From assembly GCA_001642005.1 (NCBI GenBank), contig LWCA01000065.1:1-63434 (forward strand): a DNA stretch of 63,434 nucleotides, written 5' to 3'. Of this stretch, positions 53,266 through 63,434 are shown in pieces (the first letter of the stretch is position 1; the number at the start of each line of letters is the position of its first letter). The stretch comes from Intoshia linei. Taxonomy: Eukaryota; Animalia; Orthonectida. Below the pieces are notes generated by a model. The model searched no databases, was not told where the DNA came from, and saw only the letters and a program-made list of their open reading frames with translations. The position numbers and the translations under genes are program-made.

Positions 53266-53788
53266 TTATTGTTTATAATTTTGAACTATTTCGTCAATTT
53301 CCTCCAATTGTTGAACAGTAATAGTTTCCTAAATTTTACTTTATATTTGTTACGGTTCATTAAAATTTTAATGTGTAACTGATACGAGATTCTGTCTATA
53401 GTACAAAATATTGTTATTAAACCTACTGTGAATATTCTACCTTTACCAGTTTATAAAAGAAAAATCCCTAGAAAATTTATAAAATGAAAACTACATGTAT
53501 TATTTAGACAAATCATGAACAAAAAGTGAGTCATAAACTGACATTTTAGTAATTTTACGGACTTATCAAACGTACGATAACACATTTTATAAAACATACC
53601 TTCCAACTATCTACTGTTCCTTTTCTGAAATAACCACTTGTATTTGCTGTTTCAGTTATATCTTTTTCAAAATGTTTTTTCATATTTTCAAAACAACATT
53701 CGTTTACAATGTTTGACAATATTTCATCATTTACGTTAATATTTAAAAAAATTGAAATATTTTTAATTTCCGTAAACATGTTATTAAA
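53266..53788 (-). pseudogene. Cytosolic sulfotransferase (SULT), last two exons only (about 53600-53788 and 53266-53328)
   Basis: EIKNISIFL...IVNECCFENMK...YFRKGTVDSWK / ETITVQQLEEID: 3' PAPS-binding RKGxxGxWK (here G to D) and the KTVE-like dimer motif. No upstream exons found. Confidence 0.75.
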
Positions 53789-55060
53789 CTTTCAAAATTG
53801 ACTAAATATATATTTTTATTTTTCTTCATCACATTTGACCAATCTTTTAAATGGTCAAAATAGTAAGTAGCTGTTTAGTTGTAAAAAATATTCTAATTTG
53901 TTTTTCATTTACTACATAATTAACTATGTAAACAGTATCGAAATTAGATGATACACTTTTTCTACTTTTACAATATGTGATAACATCATAAATATTTATG
54001 TTACATGGACCATATTTATCTAATTTTAGTTGATTCAAATAATTAAAAATTTTACGACTCTCTGGGACTTCAATATTTCTCGCCCTTAAAATATGACCAA
54101 TTTCTTTAGGTTTTGTATGACCTTCATTGTAAATGTCTTTTATTACAGATTTTATTTCGACATTTATACCATGTGAAATTCCTGAATGGTCATGAGGGAC
54201 ATTATTTATATAATATCTCTTAACGGGAGTAATATGAACTCCTGGGGTCCCAGCAGTTTTTTTGGGTCCATGAAAAATTTTAAATTATTTACAGAAAGAA
54301 AATGAAGCTAAAAATGATATTTACGTAATGAGAGTAATTATTTCTAATTAACGCTATCTAATTTAATATCTATTAAAAATTTGATAAAAAATGTAATAAA
54401 TTGACTTTTAATTAGTAAAAAAATTAGTTTATAATTATGATAGTCATTAAAAATGGATTCTAGAGCTTTAGAGGTATAATTTTTATTAAACTGAATTTTT
54501 GGTTCATAAAAATTCGTTAATAAAAAATAAATAATTCAAAATTCCGTTAATAAGGACTTACATTGTAGACCGTATAATAAAAAAATTTATAAGACTAATT
54601 TTAATTAAAATGAATTCTCAGTAGAATCGGCAAAATATAATTGAATGTAATGACTCAATTTTTTTAAATAGCCTAAAACCAAAAGATTAAATGGTAAATG
54701 CAATATAGAAAGAGTACAATTACAATTAAATGAATAAAAAGACTAATTAGTACCGTTGACTGAGAAATAAAATTTAATCTCAGCTAGCGGTATTTTGTTT
54801 GAATAGAAACAATGTGGGATACACAAAATATAAAATAATGGAAAACAACAGTAAATATACGATCATTATAAACTTAATTATTAAAGTGGCTAATACATCA
54901 GAATCATATTTTGAGATTGTTTCCAAAAAATTTTAAAGTGGTTTTAAAATTATCAAAGATTGCAAACACGCTTTGATGTACTTAAATAATGTTGATTCAT
55001 GTTATTTTGGGAAAAATTATCTGTTAATAGAATTTTATTTATAGTTAAGAAATTTTATAA

Positions 55061-56496
55061 CACTGTCCAACAAAATTTCGACAAACTGACCGAAACTTTT
55101 ATTATATGTAAGTGAACCAGTATACATCTATTTTTAAAAAAAATTTATTAATTTCAACATTGACTTTGGATTTAATTAAGGGTCAAAGTTTTTTTTTTAA
55201 AGAGGTACACTTCACCGTGAGGTCTATTTACAATTAATATTATATATTACAAATGGTAAAATTGACAGATATACATATACGTCTACATATGTATAAAAAA
55301 ATTGTCATTAATTAATTAACTCAAATTTTAAGGCAACATCGACAAACAATATGAAATAAAAATTTTCTAGATGTACTATTTACATTACACGTAAAATCAA
55401 CTTTTTCGGGTTACCCCTAGACGAATCTTTTTCAATATCAAAGATGTAAGTGATAGACATAAATTTTAAAAATTAAGATATAAGAAGGTATCAATAAAAA
55501 TATTTAATAAAAAATGTAATAATTAGANATTTTAAGGCAACATCGACAAACAATATGAAATAAAAATTTTCTAGATGTACTATTTACATTACACGTAAAA
55601 TCAACTTTTTCGGGTTACCCCTGGACGAATCTTGTGCTATATCAAGGATGTAAGTGATAGACATAAATTTCAAAAATTAAGATATAAGAAGGTATCAATT
55701 AAAAATATTTAATAAAAAAAGTAATAATTAGATAAATTTAAAATTTATTTTTTATTGAACACCACCAAACAAAATCACAAATCATATTTAATGATCTACA
55801 TCTTCCAAAACGTCTTTCATATAACATCATAGTTTGATGAAATTGTTCACCCTTTTCGTCTGACCACATACCGCAGTTTAGCGCAAAGAAGTCTAAATGA
55901 TATTCTAGATAATGTAGATAATGCATTTTTATGCTATAAAGGCAGTTCATTTCTTGGTATTTTATCAATAACTCATCGATTAAATCCTTGTAATTTTCAG
56001 ATCGATTGTTTCCAAGAAAAAATGAGATTACATTTTCCAAAGCATTAAACGCATCTTTTTGTTCAAATTTAAGGGTAGATCGAAAATGTGCATCTTTTAA
56101 TAGTTTTCTAATTTGTGGGCCATTTAGTATACCAGCCATTAATTTAGTGTCGTTGAGATTAAGAAAAATTTGGTCGCAGTAAGTTTGTAGTATACGTGTT
56201 CGACATTGTAATTCTTAATTTAAATCTTGTTTAAATGTTTCGTGAGAATGCAATTATAAAATTAACTCATCGCTTTAATTAATTGAAAGATGTAATAAAA
56301 ACTTTATTTGACATGTAAAACATGTCATTATGTTTTTTGTGGGTATAAATTTAATAGAATAATAAAATTACTAATTAAAATATCACCATTTTTGGATCTT
56401 CAATTATAAAAATATGTATATCGTTAGAATCACAAAAATTAGCTGATTATTTTAATATATGTTACATTAAGTTTCTTTTTGCAATGTTGGACAGTG
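55061..56496 (-). mobile_element. Chapaev3-like (CMC superfamily) DNA transposon, internally deleted
   Basis: Perfect 12-bp TIR CACTGTCCAACA / TGTTGGACAGTG and 3-bp TSD TAA. ORF 55738-56139 has GILNGPQIRKLL..FLGNNRSENY..KMHYLH..HLDFF..SDEKGEQFHQ..ERRF..MICDFVW. Family label recalled from motif plus CAC termini and 3-bp TSD. Confidence 0.8.
55326..55732. repeat. ~203-bp direct duplication either side of the single N (55528); probable assembly or haplotype overlap
   Basis: 55326-55527 and 55529-55732 are near identical with a few substitutions and are joined at the only ambiguous base. Confidence 0.85.
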
Positions 56497-56851
56497 TAAT
56501 TTTAGCATACGTTAAAGAATTGAGGATTATTTATAGAATAAAATTTGAAAAGAATTGAGTAAATGTCACGAATCATATTTATAATGCGACATGAAGTGCA
56601 GCAGTGATAATGATATAACGAGTAGAGTTTATTGTGGGTTGTTTGATCTTGTTTGTAAATGGTTTGACAAGAATCGAAACAAATGTTGAATTGACTCGAT
56701 ATATAAATAGATATATAAAAAGGGATAATTAAACCAGTGAGATGATTAATTAAATTTAATACGAAAATTTGATAAAATAACAGATTTGACATTTATATTT
56801 AAATTTTACATTCTCTTGAATCAATCTCAAAAGAATGACAAAATTACTGAT

Positions 56852-57702
56852 TTAGAGAAAATTTTTAGTCAATAACAGCAATTTTTTGGTTTTTGGATCG
56901 GTTTTAGGAAGATGAACTTTAATTTTATTTTTTGGAAGAGAATTTAAATTTTGAGGTGAGGTTGATGGAGAATCGATTGGAGGCGTAACAGAATCAGGGT
57001 GTATATTTTGGAGAAATTGAGAATGGAAAAATTGGTTAACACAATTTGCATCACTAGATAAATGGTATTGTAGTGGAATGGGAGAAAGTTTCATCTTTCT
57101 GGTTTGATGGTCTTTAATGTTGTGGATTGTAGACATTTCATTCATTTTTTCATTCAGAATTGCATTTGGTTTTTCGAGGGGGTTGATTAATTGAGAGGCT
57201 TGATAACATGAAAATCTTTCTTTGTAAAACCTTTCTTCAAATTTTGGTGATTTGGATTTTAATCCATTACATTTTTTCATGTTATTATTACATTGTTGAG
57301 ATATTGTGTTATCGAGTGAATTGAATAATACATTTCCTTCCATATTTTCAAGGTACTTTACGGCAAGTTCCAAAATATCTGCCTTTTCTAATTTGTTGTA
57401 TTTAGCCTTCTAAATTTTAAATTTAAATTTAGTTAATTTATAATTAAAATTTATTTATCTTACATCTTGTCGTGTAGCCGTCAAAACCAAATCTTTCAAT
57501 CTCAATAAAGAAACATTTATCCTAGCACGACGTTTCTTTTCTATTTTTGATTTATTAATCTAGAATTATCATTAATATCATGTAAATAAAATACAATGTA
57601 CATTGTACAATGTAATTAAACGTAAAATACAAATGTACAGATAGAACAGAAAAAATTAAAAATGGATATAAAATTTACCTTTGCAGTGATTCTATCTTTC
57701 AT
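56852..57702 (-). CDS. hairy/Enhancer-of-split (HES) family bHLH transcription factor; exons 57679-57702, 57464-57559, 56852-57409
   Basis: MKDRITAK|INKSKIEKKRRARINVSLLRLKDLVLTATRQD|KAKYNKLEKADILELAVKYL, with the two typical HES phase-0 introns. Pro/Ser-rich tail; no WRPW. Confidence 0.9.
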
Positions 57703-57756
57703 TTTAAGTTTTGTATAATTTAAACAAAATATTATGTAAATGTGATAAATTTGTGT

Positions 57757-57762
57757 CGCGTG
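57757..57762 (-). promoter_or_regulatory. Class C site CACGCG, 55 nt upstream of the HES ATG
   Basis: Exact match to the Hairy/HES preferred site in very GC-poor DNA. Function inferred. Confidence 0.35.
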
Positions 57763-58358
57763 TAAAGTACGATTAAATTAAACTTGTATCAGCTGAATAA
57801 ACCGTAAATGAATGAAATTGACTCTATTCCATCTCGAGTATTTATTTTCATGTGTTTCGTAAGATAGGCGGGACTAATCGTGCGTAAAGAATGTAAACAT
57901 TACGTATAATTAATTTAACAAATGATATGCTGAGTTTAAATCGTTTTAAATATTTACAAACTATTATATTCCTACTTGATTGTCATTGTATGATATTACT
58001 CAGTTTGATAGTACAGTAATGAAAGCACTCTAGTACAAAACATTGTACAAGTGTAATTGATGACGTACTGAGTGATACATGTACTTATGATCCTGAATAA
58101 ATGATAAGTACCACTTAACATGGTACAAATGTATGACAATTGCTATACCGGTTTTAAAGGTTTTATAATCTTACAATTTTTGTGTGAGACTAAATTTGAC
58201 ATGCACGTCGAACACATGACACTACTTTTTAATGTTCTCATTCAAATTTAGTCAAATTACCATAAAATTGTAGTATGAATGTAACCGTACGTGCTATTTT
58301 ATTGTTTTATGATAAATTGCTTTCAAATTTTAACAATAACATTTTATTTTCAATTCGG

Positions 58359-58366
58359 TGTGGGAA
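58359..58366 (+). promoter_or_regulatory. CSL/Su(H) site TGTGGGAA about 660 nt upstream of the HES ATG (second match 60544-60551)
   Basis: Exact match to YGTGRGAA. HES genes are classic Notch targets. Function inferred. Confidence 0.35.
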
Positions 58367-58992
58367 AAATTAATTTAATTTGTCATCAAAAAGACGCATA
58401 GTTCTTATTCACAATCATTATCAATTACGTAAATCATGTTTTTATCGATTACGAATTGTAAACAATTACATTATTATATCTTGTATCCATATTGTGTACT
58501 TTTTTGGCATATTTAACTAAAGTATAAAAAAAATCTCCAATAGATCCACATCATTCGAGCATCAAATGCATATGGTGTTACAGTCGTACGAAAATTAAGT
58601 ATAAGTATAATGAAAAATTTAAAAAATTATTTTTTAGCGTTTCAGCAAAAATGGTTATTTTATCTTATAACTCTATTTTCTAATAAATTGTACTCTTGTA
58701 TATTTAAAAAGTGGGGTTTATTAATAAATTAATTAAATTTCTATAGCGAATAGTGAACAATATTTTCCCCTAATGATGATTTTGGCCAGGAAAATGTATT
58801 AGATTCTCTTAAAAATCATATTAGGGTGGGTTTTTTAGTAAAGAATTTTAAAAACAATTTTGTCATCCCATTTTTTTAATTTATTAAAAAAAATAAGTGT
58901 ATAATCTTAAAAATAAAATTAAAACAGTATAATCCTAAAAATTGTCATAGATAAATTGTAGCTTAAATTCAGGAAAAATAAAATTGTAAATA

Positions 58993-59076
58993 CAGTGAGG
59001 CTTTCAATATCGCCAATTTTGGTATTTCAATATTTATGGCGGTATTGAGAGTTGGCGATATTGAGAGGCCTCACTG
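58993..59076. mobile_element. 84-bp pogo/Tc1-type MITE
   Basis: TIR CAGTGAGGCTTTCAATATCGCCAA / TTGGCGATATTGAGAGGCCTCACTG, flanked by TA. Confidence 0.85.
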
Positions 59077-59249
59077 TACCGGTATTTTCTTTTTTAATGT
59101 GATGTATATATACAGTATCTGATTTCAATATGTAAAAAATATTTTGCACCAATAATTAACAGACTCAGCACTTTAAAAACATATTTCGGGTCAATTTTAC
59201 CAACATTAAAATAAATAAAAAGATGATATTAACAAAGTTATAGTTCAAG

Positions 59250-60110
59250 TGATTCTAAACCTTTTGAAAATGAAAAATGCGTAGCAATGAAAAACCGAAA
59301 GAATCAATTTATACGATTTTCACCCATATTTCTTTATTGGAAATGTGTAGACGTTCAATACACATTTTTTGAAATTGTAGGATTATTTACTTTTTCATTT
59401 TTAAATTTTACATTTGTAAAATTTGAAAAATATTGGCTGATAATATATTAAAAATTTTTAACTGGGAATGCGTAGAATTCTAGAGTTAAAATTTTGTTTT
59501 TATATTAACTGGAATAAGCTGTATCAGAATAATTTTTTTTTTAATTTTAGGACTTAATTATTTTAAATTTTTTGTTAATAAAATAATATATATTAAAAAA
59601 ATAAATGCTAAAGTGTTTTTTTGGCCATGAAGGCGTCACTTAATCAGATTGAAATTTTTTGTGCGTTGTTAACTTTATATAACTGTAACATCGTAATTTT
59701 TGTAAAACTTATAGGGCTGTTTTCATTTTTTAAAAAAAGGTAATCTGTGTTTTTGAACGTGAAAATTACCTTTTTTGAGGTTACCATTTATGATAATGCT
59801 TATGAATTTAAAAACCATCCCAGAATTTATGTTGCATAAAATTCTAGGGCTTTCTTAATTTTTACAATAAAAGATAATGTGGAGTTTTGGCCGTGAAGAT
59901 GAAAGATTTTTAAATTAAAAATTATTATAATATTGAATTTAAAATTTTTATTAGAATGTATTTTTTATAATTTTAGGGCGGATTTGAATTTAAAAACAAA
60001 GGACAATTGGGGTTTTTCACCTTGAAGGACTCAATTTCTGAAATTTAAATTTGCGATAAAACAACACTCTTGAAAAACTATCATAAATATAGAATTTTTA
60101 AAACTAGAAT
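59250..60110 (-). mobile_element. Helitron-like family long internal copy with three ~130-bp modules
   Basis: Reverse complement of the blocks at 7800-8520. Module cores recur near 59760, 59895 and 60023. Confidence 0.7.
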
Positions 60111-60686
60111 CATCTAACTTTCTTTAATAAACTGGAACAAACAAACATTTTTAACTACATTTGTACAACCGTAACTGTAAATAATTTAATATAAGTAAGG
60201 ATATAATGCAAAATAAATATTTTAGATGTTAATAATAAAATGATTTACATATCTTTAAAATTCTTTTCAAAAATCGGATTTTACGAAATCTTATGAAAAA
60301 CAATCCACTTCATCAAACCACAAATAAAAAATCTTATATTCCAGCCCTTAATGGAAACATATCCTTTTTCCAATACTTTTTTTAAAAACCTTCCAATTTA
60401 TACTAAATTATATCATACTATATACTCATTCAGAATTTTATTATTATTTACTAGACACACTTTAGAAAGCTCAAGTCATAAATTATTCTTTGATGTGATA
60501 TTTAAAATGACAAGATTAATCGTGCGAATTTGTAATAACAATGTGTGGGAAATAAATTCAAAATCTGCAATGCAGGTTGCATCTATTTTCTCATACATGT
60601 ATTCTCAGCATTGCAATGCATTGTAAGTTGCAACATCATAATTTGAAATGTAACCTGTAACTGTAATTGCAAAAATTACTACCAAA

Positions 60687-61402
60687 TCCTTACTTATATA
60701 TAATATGCTATCGTTTCAGTGTGTGACCGTTTATTTCCATAATTCTTAGTCTTAGAATTTTATAAAGTCCATATTTTAATTACAGTTTTTCCAGGGTGTT
60801 AGCAAAATAAATTTCAACCTCCCAAACTCACATCTTACGAGTCAAAAAACCAAATTGTCCTTTTTTTTGAAAATCAAACGAGTTAGAGAATTTAAAAAAA
60901 TATATACTCTGATACGGATTTTAAAATCATAAATTTAAATTTAAACAAAATATATCTTCAAAGCCAAAACCACAAATTACCCTTTTTTTTTAATGAAAAC
61001 AGCCCTAAAATTTAAAAAAATTTACAGGTGGTACAGTTGTATGCTGTTAACACACACTGTAGTATCTTAGGATGCTATATTTTGATAACTAAACTTGATT
61101 GTTATATTATCTCCTATTTACGTTTTAATTTGTATTTATTTTGATTAAAACTTATAACAAGTATTTACCTACAGAGCTTATTTCAGTGGATATAAATACA
61201 AAATTTCAACCCCAGAAATCTACGCATTCTCGGTGAAAAATAATTTTTAATATAGTATCAACCAATATTTTTCAAATATTTCGATTAAAATAAAAATGAA
61301 AATGCAAATTTCATCCTACAATTTCAATTTTTTGGTAGAATAAAAATGTGCCCTCGGCAGAGCTAAGTGTTGTTTGTACGTAGTACATAACAGTCAACCT
61401 AG
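60687..61402 (+). mobile_element. Non-autonomous Helitron-like element, both ends present
   Basis: A-TCCTTACTTATATATAATATGC ... CCCTCGGCAGAGCTAAGTGTTGTTTGTACGTAGTACATAACAGTCAACCTAG-T: 5' TC, subterminal hairpin, 3' CTAG, inserted between A and T. Confidence 0.82.
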
Positions 61403-62406
61403 TACACTATAATATACTATACAATTTTTATTTAGGTAGCGAAGAGTTTCAAACTGTTTGAGAAAATTTTAATTGTAGATATTTTCAAAGTAAATTTAGT
61501 TTAGGAACAGAAAAGACTTTACATGTTTTCGATGTACCCAGCGTTTCTGACTCTGACATAGCAAAAATGTTTAAAATTGATAATCTAAATTCACAATTAA
61601 AATGATTATAGACGATTCATTATTGAATTTAAACATAAATAACTGAATTAATCAAGATTTATAAAAACCATACTTTACCGTCTAGACATATTTGTAGATT
61701 CACTACAATTAAAAAAATAAGTGATAAAATAAAGTCGTGTGGAGATTTAATAATTTTGAATTCAATTTTTATATTATTAATTTGTATCTCACAAAGTTTT
61801 TAATTAATATTAATGACATTTGATCAACGAAATTAGACAAATCCAACCGAGTTACAAGTATAGACACTCGCTCACCATGTCTGTCTAATTTGTTTACTCC
61901 GTTAACATCATTAATTTGTCATTTACAACCCAATTCAAATCAATTAGTTAATTAGTGTTTAATGATCTGCAATTTATGTCTACAATTTTTCACTCTTGAA
62001 TCACACTATGGATTAATTCATTTAAATTGCAACTTATGTTTGTGCATTACACACTGTTTAACGACCCTTAAAACTATCTTGCTTAACTAATACTAGGGCC
62101 ATAACTAAACTAGTTTTTGAATTTAAAAAAATTACATTTTTACCGCCAAAAACGTATTTATCCAGTGGCGTGATGACATAGTGTGAAGTGTGAGGTGCGT
62201 CCTTAGAAAAATTATAATTTTCAATAACATGACGTGTATTAGTTATAGTTCATTTTGATAAATGATTAAAATAATAAATTAATAATTAAATGAGTATTTT
62301 TCATATGAAATGATAAATGTTGTCCTTACGTGTATAAAGTAATTTACAATTTAATGATATGTTAATTAATTTATGTGTTTATTTGTAGGTTAATTATTTA
62401 GTGTAC

Positions 62407-63110
62407 CCTCAGTGACAAAACTATAGAGCACCCACTGAAAAATGAAAAAGCTCATTTTTTTTAAATTCAAAAACATGCTCTTCACTGATGATTTATAAAT
62501 TTACAAAAATAAATTTATTGCCACTATTCATCTTTAATTACGGTAGACAACATTGTTCATTATCGATCACGCGACAAAAGTGCTTTAAAGGAATATATTT
62601 TAGGTATTTATCAGTGTTAAAACCATTTTTTTTATTTTTAAAACAAAATTTTATTGATTATTTAAGTCTAGTGAACACAATATTCTGTTGAAAATTAATT
62701 AACAGAATTTTCAGTATGCCCCGAGGAAAACGATTAACCGATAAAGAAAATGGGCAATTGATATTTTATTAAAAGAAGGGTACAGTCAATCAGAAATTGT
62801 CATTAAAATAGAAAAATTATTCAAAGCAATATTAAAGTGTCTATCTAACAAAATTTGCCATCGAATAGGACGCCCAGTCAAGCTAAGTCCTTCTGACAGT
62901 AGGCTCTGAATTAGAACTGCATCCAGTTCTCCCCTTTCGGCCGGATTAATTAAATAAAATTGTGGTTTAAATCATGTTTCCATAATAACGATACAACGAG
63001 AATTATTTAACTCATCACTAATCCAAAAAAGAATGATAAAATGTCCTAATCTGACTATTAGTGACATCGAAAAAAGAATTGAATTCGCTCGTTTTTTGGC
63101 ATGGCATTTT
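62407..63110 (+). mobile_element. Tc3-like (Tc1/mariner) transposon 5' relic
   Basis: From ATG 62716: MPRGKRLTDKENGQ / DILLKEGYSQSEI / GRPVKLSPSDSRL*IRTASSSPLSA / KCPNLTISDIEKRIEFAR, the paired-like DNA-binding region of Tc3 with frameshifts. TIR-like CTCAGTGACAAAACTATAGAGCA near 62408. Confidence 0.8.
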
Positions 63111-63117
63111 AAACATT

Positions 63118-63434
63118 AAACATTTTAAATTGTGAGGTATTGGATATACAGGACCATTTTTAAATGATTCGCTTTCTTTTAAGGTAATGTAATGATATTT
63201 GCCCTTAATTTTATCAGGTAGACTGGAGAATATTTGCAAAAATTTAAGTAAAAATGGTTTATATGTGTTTGAACAGTTTATTAAAGTTACACTTTCATTG
63301 TTTTCTGTATTGAGTTGTTTGTTTTCAAATATATTCGATATTTTTTTTGAATTTATCAGATTTAGCTTTCTGGCAAGCGGGCACCCTATAATATTGTTAA
63401 AGTCTGTAATATGAAATTCTATTGGTTCTATTAA
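63118..63434 (-). mobile_element. Ty3/gypsy pol relic (protease-RT linker)
   Basis: IFSSLPDKIKGKYHYITLKESESFKNGPVYPIPHNLK resembles the segment just before gypsy RT. Stops upstream. It truncates the Tc3 relic. Confidence 0.6.

Noticed and set aside
55326-55732. Biological tandem duplication or LTR pair
   Set aside because: The copies meet exactly at the scaffold N and lack TG..CA ends; an unmerged contig overlap is more likely.
56502-56792. 96-aa ORF downstream of the HES gene as an extra exon or gene
   Set aside because: Low-complexity 3' UTR-like sequence with no WRPW or other motif.
1-63434. Alternative genetic code or prokaryote-type defence system
   Set aside because: All conserved genes translate with the standard code, end in TAA/TAG/TGA and have spliceosomal introns. 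In-frame stops occur only in TE relics and other decayed frames.

Overview
Very AT-rich animal (metazoan) nuclear DNA with many 35-45 nt GT-AG introns. The introns that are long are filled with transposon debris. The composition, tiny introns and very divergent proteins suggest a fast-evolving reduced animal such as an orthonectid; this is inference and cannot be proven from the window. Host genes, assembled by hand across exons: TDP1 (-), a rhodopsin-class GPCR (-), RPL5 (-), WDR37 (-), SMG1 (+), ZCCHC8 (+), ODAD4/TTC25 (-), RPL8 (+), a 3' fragment of a cytosolic sulfotransferase (-) and a hairy/E(spl) bHLH gene (-). Mobile DNA: a multi-copy non-autonomous Helitron-like family, many hAT MITEs with 8-bp TSDs (some nested), pogo/Tigger, Tc3-like, Chapaev3-like and gypsy relics, and a foldback element with phased 8-mer arrays. 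I found no clear new multi-gene system. The best leads are the Helitron family (co-varying terminal hairpin, 56-bp minimal copy, variable internal module), a HES gene lacking WRPW but with CSL and class-C sites upstream, a compacted SMG1 with a 6.9-kb first exon, and the phased TGTCAGTA foldback element. Exon coordinates were read by eye and may be off by a few nt.
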